Shown one piece after another: positions 39,082 to 51,229 of a stretch of DNA of 64,000 nucleotides. The stretch is from Octopus vulgaris (lineage: Eukaryota), in NCBI GenBank assembly GCA_951406725.2, contig OX597819.1:12648001-12712000 (forward strand), read 5' to 3'. Position 1 is the first letter of the stretch. Each line of letters starts with the position of its first letter. Both the position numbers and the translations under genes were made by a program. The notes beneath the pieces are model-generated. The model worked only from the letters and a program-made list of their open reading frames with translations, was not told the DNA's origin and searched no databases.

Positions 39082-40512
39082 GTAAGTTGTTCTTTTTGGA
39101 ATTTGTGTTTAATTTTTAAGGCTTTTCATACATCATATCTTTTAATAGGACACACAGTTTCAATTAATTTTGAAAATGAATCTCTCAACTGGCACAAACC
39201 CCTCAATATTCCTCCCTGCTTTCCAGTTGAGGGATTTTTTTTTTGTTTTACAAGTTATTTGGTGACCCTGTTGGTGCTGGTGCCCTGTAAAAAGTACTGG
39301 TGCTGGTGTCACATAAAATGCACCCAGTACATTCTGCAAAGTGGTCACGGTTAGGAAGGGCATCCAGCTGTAGAAACCAGGCCTAAACAAAAAAAGCAAA
39401 AAAAAAAAAAAAACAAGCAGAATTATAACATAGATTTCATTTAGGATCACTTGTGTATTTCTTAGGACCTCATTTGACTTCACTCTCTACAGTTCCTGTA
39501 TTTTACAATTATGGAGATGCAAGTGTTATGAAGTTAAGATGTTTGAGTAGTATTCACAAGGCCGAGGGTTCAAATCTTACTCACATCCAGGCTCATTCAG
39601 TTTGTTTCAGTCTAAGTTTGAAATATGTTGTACACATTTTGAACGATTAATTGTAGAAAGGAATTAAGAACTTAATTTTGTCATAACCCTCACCTAGGAC
39701 TCATAAGATTGGAACTTAAGCTGGTGTCCATGGTGTATGGCGATTACAATGCTCCCTCCTGGACAGGATGCCAGTCCATTGCTGGGTTAACTTCCCAGCT
39801 GTTACTGGAAGTCATTTACAACTGTGTTGACTGGAGCAATGTGGAGTGAAGTAGCTTGCTCAAGAACATAACGTACCACCCAGTCTGGGAATTGAAATCA
39901 TGACTGTGAGATCATGAGAGCAATATCTTAATCACTAGGCCATGCACTTAGCAAGCAGCCATCTATAAAATATTCTTACCCTAACAATATCCAAATCTTT
40001 GAAATGCATTTCTTGTGTTGCAAACATGAAAAGACAATTTTTGTTTTGATTATTAAGCCTGAGTCTGGTGAGGAGAGATGGTGTCAACAGCCATTACAGT
40101 TTCTCTGAGATTGGTAAGGATGACGCAACTGATGTTCAGCTTGTACTTGTGCAAAACAATTTTGGTAGGAAAATTCTTGGCTGCAAAATTCCAGAGGATT
40201 TCATAGGAAAGAAGGATTACGTCAAAAGTGTTTAATGCAGCATTTGTAGAGGAAAATACCATGGATAAAATAGAAAAAAAAAAAGAAAAAGGATGCGTAA
40301 ACCATGTAGGATTCTGAGGGAGTGACATACGGCTTGCTTGTTGAGAAAGGCATGGACAGTTCTAGCATTAATAGTAGAGATAGAATAGATATAGATTGTC
40401 TGTGGAATTCTCACTTTCTTTTAGTTCATAAAAAGAATCTTATTAAATTGTATATTGTTTGTTATATGTTTAAGGTCTTGAATTTTCAATGTCTGTTTTA
40501 TTTTATTTTCAG

Positions 40513-40609
40513 TATGGTCATCTGATGCGATTTCCATACAAATCTTTTAGTGAGACAGTTACCTTGGTAGTGGTTACTTTGCTCAGAGATGTCTTGGAAC
40601 AAGAAAAAG
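40513..40609 (+). CDS. PI4KA: PI4KA exon g (YGHLMRFPYKSFSETVTLVVVTLLRDVLEQEK), phase 0-1
   Basis: ttttcag| and |gtcagt; 97 nt; resembles 'YTSFSDPLYLTMFKMLRD'. Confidence 0.9.
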
Positions 40610-41942
40610 GTCAGTTCCTTTTGAAGAAATTTTATAATTATTCTACTGAATTTAACAATAACTATGATCTTTCCTGTAGCTGGTATCTTTGGGTAATTTA
40701 TTCTCAAAAATATTCTAATTTTCTTTACCAATTAGTGTACAATACTGTATATCTACATAGTTTTTCTCATCTATATTTTGGCAAGTACAGTGAAGTCTAT
40801 TGCTGAAGAGGTATAATAAGATGGAAACATGAACAGAGTTGTTCCCTATATTTTGCTGGGATAATTGAAGTAATATTAACCATTGACTAATAATGTCTTT
40901 TCATTATTGTATAATTATGTTTTAATTAACTTTTTCATGCTTGCTAAAATTCAATATGTCATTGGTGGTTGTTACAATATTTTTTCTTCTCCAGTTGCTT
41001 GTGTCTCCTTAAAAGACTCTTCTCCCTTTGTATTGTCCTTGAAAAAAGCATAACCCTCATTTATTTATTTATATATTTATCTGTTTTTTTTCTAATATTA
41101 CTATTATTATTGAAGGCAGTGAGCTGGCAGAATTACAGCAGACATGAGGGGCATTTCTTTGTCGTTTTGTTCTGAGTTCAAATTCTGCCTTTCATCTCTT
41201 TTAGACTTACTAAAATAAGTACCAGTCAAATATTGAAGTTAATGTAATCAGTTGACTTACTCTTTTGCCTAAAATTGCTTTTAGTGTCGTGGGCAAAATG
41301 TTTTGTGGTATTTCATCAAACTCTTTTACATTCTGAGTTCAAATTTCACTGAAGTCAAATTTACCTTTCATCTTTTCAGAGTTGATGAAACAGGTACCAA
41401 TCAACTGCTGGGGGCAATGTAATCAACTGTCCCCCTCCCTACAAATCTCAGGCATTTCCCCTATTGTAGAAAGGATTATTATTATTCGAACTGGCAGAAA
41501 CATAAGCATGCCGGATGAAATGCTTAGCAGTGTTTCTTCTGTCTTTACATTCTGAGTTCAAATTCTGCTGAGGTCAACTTTGTCTTTCATCCTTTTGAGA
41601 TTGATAAATTAAGTACCAGTTGCATACTGGAGTCGATCTAATCGACTGGCCCCCAACCTCCCTAAAAAAAAAAAATTTCAGGTCTTATGCCTAGAGTAAA
41701 AAAGATTATTATTAAGGTGGCAGGTTGGCAGAATTGCTAGCATGACGGGCAAAATGCTTAGCAGTATTTTGTCTGTCGCTATGTTCTGAGTTCAAATTCT
41801 GCCGAGGTTGACTTTTCCTGTCATCCTTTCAGGGTTGATTAAATAAGTACCAGTTATGCACTGGGGTTGATGTAATCAACTTAATCCCTTCCCCCAAATT
41901 TCAGGCCTTGTGCCTACAGTAGAAAGGATTATTATTATTATT

Positions 41943-42294
41943 ACCTCCACCTTAGCGAAGGTGGAGGTATTGTTTTCAGTTGTGTTTGCTTGTTTGTCCA
42001 TGGACAAAGAACAGCTTGATGGATTTGGATGAAACTTTCAGGGATGTTTGGCCTCATGACTGGCACAAACTGATTAGATTTTGGGATTGATCCAGTACTG
42101 GACAAGGATTCTGGATTATTTTTTTCTGTTTTTTTTTTACTTACTTTTTGAGCGTGGTTGGGTTCATTTCCAGTATCCTTGTTTGTGAGAGCAGTTGAGT
42201 TTATTTCAGATATTCTCATTTTAAAAATCATCTCTGTCTAATCATTGAGAAGATGTTGGTGTTGCCTTGGCAGAGGTTTGCGCTCTCTGAGTGG
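41943..42294 (+). mobile_element. Helentron-associated non-autonomous element (HINE/DINE-1-like)
   Basis: 5' palindromic subTIR acctccacc...ggtggaggt, GTTT repeats, 3' subTIR ggcagaggt plus stem-loop gcgctctctgagtg; inserted at TT in an (ATT)n tract. Confidence 0.7.
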
Positions 42295-42544
42295 TATTAT
42301 TATTATTATTATTAAGGTGGCAAGCTGGCAGAATCGTTAGCATGCCGGGTGAAATACTTTGGGGCATTTCATCCATCTTTATGTTCTGAGTTCAAATTCT
42401 GTTGAGGTTGACTTTGCCTTTCATCTTTTTGGGGGTCAATAAATTAAGTACCAATGAAACACTGAGGGCAATGAAATTGACTAATTCCCTCCCCACAAAT
42501 TTCAGGCCTTGTACGTCCAGTAGAAAGGATTATTATTATTTCTA

Positions 42545-42890
42545 TAACTTGCTAATTTAGTGAACAGATATTTTATCTTGATGTTTGGTGACAGCAAGTC
42601 TCCTCAAACCTCAAGAATGTTTCTTTTGATTCTTGTGGAATACAGGATGGTACATTTCTGCAGATTGACAATGCATATTTCAATTCTGATGTTCTTCAAC
42701 CTCATTGATACCAGTTTGGATGTTGTGCCAAGTGCACCAATACCATAGGAATAATTATCACCTTAGTCTCTCATAATTTCTGCAACTCTCTGGCCAGGTC
42801 AAGATAAAAGATGGTATTTCTTAATTTTCTGAATTCCTTTGGCTTCAATGATTCTCTTATCATTGGGTATTACAAAATCTGTCATCTCAC
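42545..42890 (-). mobile_element. Degenerate R4/Dong-type LINE 3' fragment
   Basis: Minus strand fragments DFVIPND...KIKKY...GIGALGT...LQKCTILYSTRI...GDLLSP; ends in (AAT)n. Confidence 0.6.
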
Positions 42891-43282
42891 TGTTTCTTTT
42901 GTCCTCTTCAATCAGACCTTGTCTTTTTGCTTTAACCCTTTCCTTACTGTATTTATTTTGATATGCTCTGTGTTTCTTTCAATTACTTTAAATATAAGAA
43001 AGAATTTAGTAAAATAACTTAGTTATCATTCAGCTAGTGTTGGGAACATAATTTTTGACTAAGGTTTGGTGGAAGCTTTTAATTTAAAACTTAAGAAAAC
43101 AAGACATTTGTACAACAGAGCCAGAGGCAGTTTTGGCCGGGTTGGTATCAAAAGGGTTTGTCACAGCCTCTGCTTCATATTCTTACCACTTTTCTGCTAC
43201 TATTTTATTATTCTTGTTTCTATTTAATCTATAATTTGAAACACTTGATATACATTTACTGAAAATGTCTTCTTTTGTGCAG

Positions 43283-43480
43283 ATCTGCCAGCATCTTTTA
43301 TGAAGGAAGTGCAAGATTTTGTAAAATCCTTATATTTATCCGGACAAACTGAACTCCAAAGCAAATATCAACGAAGTGCTTCCGACATTCGCCAGTTACA
43401 TTTTGATCCGTATGAATTGATGGTGTGTAGTAATGCTGCCTGTGTTGATTTGTTGTTCTGGGCCGTCAGGGATGACTCTG
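43283..43480 (+). CDS. PI4KA: PI4KA exon h (DLPASFMKEVQDFV...SNAACVDLLFWAVRDDS), phase 1-1
   Basis: gtgcag| and |gtaaga; 198 nt; NAACVDL motif. Confidence 0.94.
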
Positions 43481-44792
43481 GTAAGAAATACAATCTCAAT
43501 GGATCATTATAATCATCATCATCAGTTAACGTCCCTTTTTCTATGCTACCATGGGTCGGATGGTTCAATGTGAACAGACAAGGCAGAGGGCTGCACCAAA
43601 CTCCAAGGTCTACTTTGGAGGGATTTTACAGCTGGATGCCCTTCCTAATGCCAACCACTTCACAGTATCCTGGGTGATTTTATTTTCCATAGCACCAGCA
43701 CTGGTGAGGTCATCAAGTACTTGTAAGACAAGACTCCTCAACTAAATGGGGTATAGTATTGAAAGTATGAAGGGGCCGGGGGTGTCATCACCAATATCTT
43801 CAACATGAAGCCAATAAAGGATCATATGATCATTGAACATGCTAGAAATAGCAGCTAAATCTCTCAAATTACATCTGCTTGTCTAAAAAGAATCCACTCT
43901 TTTGTCATCTTTTAACATCTATGTCCCATTCCGGCAAGGGTTGGACAGTTTGACAGGATCCAATGTCTTAGGACTACATTATTACCCAATGCCCACCACT
44001 TTAGATTATTTGGGTTACAATGTATTCAAATGGGATAGTCATGGTAAGAATACTTTTGAGCATAAGTCTGCTTGATGTGAGCTGACTTATGGCTAGACAT
44101 CATCATCATCATCATCACCATCACAATTTTGTATAATATCCATTTTTACAATGCAAACATGGTTTTTATAAGACACTGTATTTCTTGTATCAACAAAGTG
44201 TTCATCTTGACTCTCGGCCGTTGCCAGCCTTGCCTGGCCCCCGTGCTGGTGGCACGTAAAAAGCACCATCCGTCTGTGGCCGTCTGCCAGCTCCCTCTGG
44301 CACCTGTGCGGGTGGCACGTAAAAAGCACCCACTACACTCACAGAGTGGTTGGCGTTAGGAAGGGCATCCAGCTGTAGAAACACTGCCAGATCTGACTGG
44401 GCCTGATGAAGCCTTCCGGCTTCACAGACCCCAGTTGAACTGTCCAACCCATGCTAGCATGGAAAGCGGACGCTAAATGATGATGATGATGATGATGCTC
44501 TTGTGAAGTTTTTCTTGTTCTTCTTCTTCTGCCATGGCCACTTCCAACCATGGCCACTTCTAATTGGCTGAGGTGTTAGAATGTCACACAAAATGCTTCA
44601 TACTGTTTCTTCTGATTCTCTATGGTCTGGGATCAACCCTGATCAAAGTCAACCTTGCTGTTCATCCTTTCAGGGTCATTAAAAAATTACGAAACCAAAA
44701 TGGTGGATAGGTGGAACTGTAAGAACATGGGACCAGATTCCTTGTGGTATTTGGCCTGGCTCTTCATGTTCTTTGTTCAAATCCTGCTGTAG

Positions 44793-44847
<55 letters not shown>

Positions 44848-44936
44848 CTGGGTAAGGCAGGTTTATGGGATTTCTCTAGGTTTCCCATCCATAAAGGGTA
44901 TACCTTTATGGCATGTCATCAGACATGAAAACCTGT

Positions 44937-45000
44937 TGGGGTCTGATGATACACCATAAAGGTATATTTTTTTATGGAGAGGAAACCCAAGGTAACCCCA
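44937..45000 (+). ncRNA. Type-I hammerhead ribozyme motif with intact core
   Basis: Stem I tggggt/acccca (6 bp), CTGATGA 44943-44949, stem II ccataaa/tttatgg, GAAA, stem III acc/ggt, GUA cleavage triplet ending at 44994. Confidence 0.7.
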
Positions 45001-46318
45001 TAAACTGGCCTTCCCCAGTAATAATTATATACTACTCTACATCTTAGAGAGTGCATCATCACCAGATTTATGTTTATTACAGACAAGATGTCTGTCTGTC
45101 TGTCTGTACAAATATGAGCCAACAGGGGAATCCCTTACATGGTTTTTTAACCTGCTAGAAACAGCACCAATTGTAAATACACTTTCACTCAGTATGTATC
45201 ACTTGTTCCTACAGTACGACCAAGGGAAGACACTTCTAAATTTTAGGGGGAAAAGATAGTTAGTTGTGGTAGTCATGCTTTTCTAAGAACATCGATATAA
45301 ATGAAGACCGTTTCCAAGATGGAATTGGTATTGAGATGTAAGAACTTGGTGCTATGGTAACCATTATATCACGCCAAAATAATATTTTAAGTTTTGTAAG
45401 GTAAGATGCTGTTGTCTACTTTCTTTAACATGTTTACCATAATTGGAACTCCTATTTATGAGAGTAGTCACTCACCTTGCTAGAAATAGCAGTCAAATCT
45501 CCCTGAGGGAAAGTTCTGTTGTCCTTGATATTTCTAAAGTAAATTAGATGGTCATTGTTCAGATACCTTTGATCTAAGGTTCAGTGACAGGATTGACCTA
45601 GGGTTAAATAACATCAATAGTTGTATTTAGTTGTTGTTACTTATCTTCAAGTTAGCCTTAACGAAGCAGACTCTAGGTCAAGCATATTCCAGCCATCGTC
45701 ATGCCATCATTTTCTCTAGACCCCACAGTGCATCCAATGCAATATAATCTATTGTGCCCTTTTTTTTTTTATAACAGTAGGGAGATATGACTGTTATTTC
45801 TAGGAGGTTGTAATAAAATTGAGAGAGTGAGGGATGGTTAGAGAGGGTGTGCGGATATAGAGAACTGGTATTGAAGGATGAGAAGTAAAAGATAGAAAAA
45901 GAGATACTCTTTTACTCTTTTACTTGTTTCAGTCATTTGACTGCGGCCATGCTGGAGCACCGCCTTTAGTCGAGCAAATCGACCCCGGTACTTATTCTTT
46001 GTAAACCCAGTACTTATTCTATCGGTCTCTTTTGCCGAACCGCTAATTGACGGGGACGTAAACACACCAGCATCGGTTGTCAAGCAATGCTAGGGGGACA
46101 AACACAGACACACAAACACACGCACATATATATATCCACTCACAAGGCATTGGTCGGCCCGGGGCTATAGCAGAAGACACTTGCCCAAGATGCCACGCAG
46201 TGGGATTGAACCCGGAACCATGTGGGAACCATGTGGTTGGTTAGCAAGCTACTTACCACACAGCCACTCCTGCGCCATGATGAAAAATATTTTATTTGAA
46301 ATTCTTTTTTTTTTGTAG

Positions 46319-46419
46319 AAGCTGAGAATCTATGTCTACGATTGACCGAAAAGATCAACTCCATAACAGACAAAAAGTTACTTCTGATGCATATGCCGTT
46401 ACAAATGGTATCTCTAGAG
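46319..46419 (+). CDS. PI4KA: PI4KA exon i (EAENLCLRLTEKINSITDKKLLLMHMPLQMVSLE), phase 1-0
   Basis: ttgtag| and |gtgcgt; 101 nt; resembles 'GAENLCIKLSEKL'. Confidence 0.9.
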
Positions 46420-46533
46420 GTGCGTTACACACTTCTGTATTCAATTATCTTCCAAAATGTTTCTTATTTCGGTTTCCAATGTTCAAATATGTACTTTCTG
46501 TCACCTGTTTCTTTCCTTTCTCTCTTTTTAAAG

Positions 46534-46784
46534 GCTCTTGGTAAATTAGCCACCAAATTTCCTTGTCTTGCGAGTACCATGTTAGCATCTTTGCGGGAAT
46601 ACCTCGTTATACCTTCCCCTGTGCTCAGCAAACTCAACAAATATGCAACACAAGAGGCCAACATAAAAATCACAGTCACTGATGAAAATCGCATTTTAAA
46701 CAAACGGACCAGCAATCACCCCAAAAATAAATTAATGGCTACTTTAGAAAACCTTCGAGACACAGCAGTAACGAATGTATGCAG
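46534..46784 (+). CDS. PI4KA: PI4KA exon j (ALGKLATKFP...LREYLVIPSPVL...LRDTAVTNVC), phase 0-2
   Basis: tttaaag| and |gtaaga; LVIPSPVL motif. Confidence 0.92.
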
Positions 46785-47007
46785 GTAAGATTAGTGCTGT
46801 TGTTTTTTTTTTTGACCCCATAATACTTTGATTTAAGGAAACCTATGATCAAAGCTAATCCATGCCGTACAGACCAAGCATGTTAAATGATGTTCCAGCC
46901 ATTTTTATTTTTATATATTAAGCTCTGCATCATCCAATACATACCTTTTTAAGATAATTTTTAAGAGATTTTGGCTGCTGTTTCTAGCAGGTTGAATGAC
47001 TGTAGAG

Positions 47008-47576
47008 CAGTAGTTCTCAACCACTTTTACCTATGGACCCCTTTGATTCTTATTTTTCTCTACTGGCCCTTTATAGCCATTTGATGTTTAAAAATATCCT
47101 ATTCTTCATCATCATCGTTTAACAACCACTTTCCATGCTGGCATGGATTGGACAGTTTGACTGAGGACTGGCAAGCCAGGAGGCTGCACCAACTTCCAGT
47201 CTGTTTTGGCAAGGTTTCTACAGCTGGATGCCCTTCCTAACACTAACCACTCTGAGAATATAGTGGGTGCTTTTTATGTGTTACCGGCATGGGAGCCAGT
47301 CAGGCGGCACCGGTATCTACCATGCTCGAATGGTGTCACAAGCATGGGTGCCAGTCAGGCAGTTCTGATATCAGTCACACTCGAATGGTGCACCTTTCGA
47401 GCATGGCTGATCCTATTATATTTTCATAATTAATAATAAGAAATTGTGTTGAAAAAAAAATTTTAATATTTTGTGTGTTGTAGAAATATAACCAACTTAT
47501 TTGCTAATAAATTTAAAAAACGGAATCTTATGTGCCCCCCACCCAAGGTCATATGGACCCTGAATGAAAACTACTG
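47008..47576. mobile_element. Non-autonomous hAT (Charlie-like) element with nested RTE 3' fragment
   Basis: TIRs cagtagttctca / tgaaaactactg; 8-bp TSD ctgtagag/ctgtaaag. Confidence 0.75.
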
Positions 47577-47776
47577 CTGTAAAGGCTCCATCATAGGCTC
47601 AATATGTAAGATATTGAAGTAGGTTCCCAAATTAAAACTGTTTATAACGAAGTGGTATATTTGTTGTTCCTTTGGTGGGCATTCTCTGGTTTTTATTGTA
47701 ATAAATGTTGCTATACTTGAGACGGATCAAACAAACATTGATATGTGTGTATATATATATATATATATATTATATA

Positions 47777-48059
47777 GAGGGTACTATTATTCATAGGTAC
47801 CGCATGCTAGGAGGGACTTTTGCAGTCAAAACTACTAAAATAAACAAATTGTACCGAATGCAAAACTTCAAAGCGAGTCATTTAAAAACAGAATTTAGTT
47901 ACATATCACCTGTGATTTCGCAATCAATGCAGAATATGCATTCTATGCTCTTCAGTGCAACATTGTACCGAATTGCATTCGGTACAATTTGTTTATTTTA
48001 GTAGTTTTGACTGCAAAAGTCCCTCCTAGCATGCGGTACCTATGAATAATAGTACCCTC
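47777..48059. mobile_element. MITE with perfect 87-bp TIRs (possibly Sola-type)
   Basis: GAGGGTACTATTATTCATAGG... termini; TATA on both flanks. Confidence 0.85.
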
Positions 48060-48175
48060 TATATAATATAAATAAGTATTTTCAAAGTTGAAAAAATTTA
48101 CAGATTTTTTCTCTTACGAGGTTTTTCACGCTAACTACTGATAATTTCTTATAAATATTTTATCCTTATTTTAAA

Positions 48176-48208
<33 letters not shown>

Positions 48209-49359
48209 GTGTGTGTGTGTGTGTATCCTTGCCTTGACATCAAATGGTAGTTGTAAATGGTTATCACTGTCATAAGAGCAGTATTCTTCAGTTCTAATCT
48301 TTGGTAAAAAAAAAATGTGTCGCCATGGGAAAATATGACCTTACTTTGAAGTAGGTAAAGGGAAGGGCTGATGACATGATGGGCATGTGGACATAGAAAA
48401 TCTGCCTCAGTGAATTTCCTCTGTCCCATACATGCATAGAAAAGGGAACATTAAAACGATGATGATGATGATACTATATATCAACTTTAAAAAGAAAAAA
48501 GATAACAAAAACTGCATGGCTGTTAGATAGAACCTATTCAGATTGAAGTGTGAGATCAAACATGTTTGGTCAAAATAAGTAACCGACACTGAATTTGCAA
48601 ATGTGAAAAATCCAAGAGAAAATATTCTGATCTTGGTTAATTTTGTGACCCACCAAAGTGTGGCCACATGCAGTTTGGAAAGTACTGGAAAATGTTTTAT
48701 TGCAATGCTTCAAGAAAGCTACAACGCTCTTCATTCATTATGCTGGGGCCGGGACAAGTCAGGGGACTACATCAAGCTGCAATGTCTGTTTTGGCCTGGT
48801 TTCTATAGCTGGATGCCCTTCGTAATGCCAACCACTTTACTAGAGTTTACAAGGTGCTTTTTTCATGACATCAGCTCTAGTGAAGTCACCAAGCACCTTA
48901 CAAGACATGACCCATCGACTGAGTGAGGGTGTAGTATTGAAAGGAGGTGGCTATGTGCCAAGTGTTGAGAAGTTACAGTATGATAGAGAGACAGGAGCAG
49001 ATCTTGCTGTAGAACAGATACATAACTATCCCAGCTGGAAAGAAAGAAAAAAAGATGGTGGTGAAGAGGTTGTTAAATTTATTCCTTTTTCTGCATTCTA
49101 AGAAGCTTTCCGTATTTATTTATTTTGTTGCTTTATTCTCAGACTTAGTTCCTTAATTTACTCTTTTTGCTATTTTATTTCTGTGTTTACTCATATTTAG
49201 TCTATGCTGGCTTTCATAAAAATCTCTTGTTGATAAGGTCTATAAATTTATATATTTCCTTAATTTTGTGCAGTATTTTCCTATTTTCTTAAAATTCATC
49301 AATGTAATAATACTTGGACAAAAAAAAAACATCTAAAAACAAATTATTTTTTTTTCCAG

Positions 49360-49455
49360 GTGTTTGAAAGCTGGTTTACAAGTTGACCAAGATATTGTAC
49401 AAGCGTTTCTTGCCTCTGTCTCGAATCGATTATATCGTACAGAGACCAGTGATAG
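49360..49455 (+). CDS. PI4KA: PI4KA exon k ([32 protein letters not shown]), phase 2-2
   Basis: ttccag| and |gtattt; 96 nt; resembles '[25 protein letters not shown]'. Confidence 0.94.
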
Positions 49456-49773
49456 GTATTTGTTCTTACTATCCATTTATTCTTGTACATTAATATTATT
49501 TGTCTAAAAGTTAAGGTATTTTTTTTGTTTCACTCTTATAAACATTCACAAAAAGATTCAGTTGTGAATTTGTAACTCTGTTTTTAAAACAATCAACAAA
49601 TTTTTTATATAATTAATCAGGTAGACAACATATACCATGATGGTACAATGTAATCACTGAAAGGTAAAGGTAGTGGGTACATCCCTTCCTGCTTTGAGTA
49701 AGTTGTATATGTGTGTGTGTAGGTATGTGTGTATATAATATAAATAATATAACAATATATATGTATATATATA

Positions 49774-49817
<44 letters not shown>

Positions 49818-50197
49818 TGTATATACCTACATATATATGTATATATACATGCATATATGAGTACAGGACGTCAAAAAATAACGTGAACAAAATAAAAAAA
49901 ACGAGAACATAAAAAAACAAAAGCATGGAAAATGAACTTTTTTTCGAACAAAGAAAGAAACAAATAGAAAAATGAGACAGGCAACAGAAAGAACAATCCC
50001 TTCATCAGTTGTCCCCTGTTTTGTCTACTCCGCATTTTGAACATTATATATATGATAGGTATTGGTATCTAGAAGATCCAAAGAGTGTCAGGTAACGCTA
50101 AGTAATTGCTATGGCCAGACTGTAGTTAAACTCTTGGTTTGATAGTGATACGAGTGAGGAGTCTAATGTGGGTCTTGCATTAGCATGCATATATACA

Positions 50198-50360
50198 TTA
50201 GATAAAATGAGATAACAAAGCCAAGGCTGTGAGGAGTTTCCAGGACATTTATTAGGAAAAAGATATAAAGCCTTACAGCTGTAAAACTATATCTATATCT
50301 TTTCCCTTATAAATGTCCTGAAAACTCCTCACAGCCTTGGCTTTATCTCATTTTGTCTAA
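50198..50360. repeat. ~160-bp inverted repeat centred on ttacagctgtaa
   Basis: Arms ttagataaaatgagataa...ccaaggctgtgaggagttt / aaactcctcacagccttgg...ttatctcattttgtctaa. Confidence 0.85.
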
Positions 50361-51121
50361 TATATATATATATATATGTGGAGGCGCAATGGCCTAGTGG
50401 TTAGGGCAGCAGACTCGTGGTCGCAGGATCGCGGTTTCGATTCCCAGACCGGGCGTTGTGAGTGTTTATTGAGCGAAAACACCTAAAGCTCCACGAGGCT
50501 CCGGCAGGGGGTGGTGATCCCTGCTGTACTCTTTCACCACTCTTTCTCCCACTCTTTCTTCTGTTGGCCTGCTCACTTAGCCAGCGGGGTGTCGTCATTC
50601 GAAGGCTAAAACAATGCGAACGCATTGTGACCAGCGATGTGTAACAACATCTGATGGTCTGGTCGGTCACGTGATATATATATATATATATATGTATGAG
50701 TGAGAGAACTGATGCATAAATATCAAACATTATATCCACAGTAACTGATAGGCCATTAGATTAAAAATAAAACCTGTCTACTCTGTATATTTTTAACTTA
50801 TTGAATAGACAAAATATCTTACACATTTACCTCTTGAAAATAAACTGTTTATTTAGTTCTATATTTAAGGAATTATGTAAATAATGTGTTTATTTATTTA
50901 TTTTTTCTTTTGTGCCATGATTTCATCATAGCTGTCCAAGACATTTTCTGTTTTAGTAGGACGTCCATTACACACGTTTCGTTTCTGCTGTTCCTTGTTT
51001 GTTACTCCCACCCCCCATCTCTCATCTCCCTTCTTCTAATGACACGAAGGCACCTTTGATGTTTCTGAATGTTATAGTTAGTTACCTTGACTGCATGCTT
51101 TATTTTGCATGTCCACTACAG

Positions 51122-51229
51122 GAAAAAAGCAGCCGAGAAGATTCATACGACATACCTCCGAAGATTGATTCGCTCTTGGGATGGGATTGGCGGCAAACAC
51201 CGAAGTTCCAAAAATATTGACATCCTGAG
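51122..51229 (+). CDS. Candidate alternative cassette exon of PI4KA (RKKAAEKIHTTYLRRLIRSWDGIGGKHRSSKNIDIL), phase 2-2, GC donor
   Basis: cactacag| acceptor; 108 nt, stop-free in the PI4KA frame; ends ctgag|gcaact; two TGCATG motifs immediately upstream; no transcript evidence available. Confidence 0.5.

Noticed and set aside
49990-50045. Minus-strand CTGATGA as a further hammerhead
   Set aside because: No GAAA follows the putative stem II, so the core cannot be closed.
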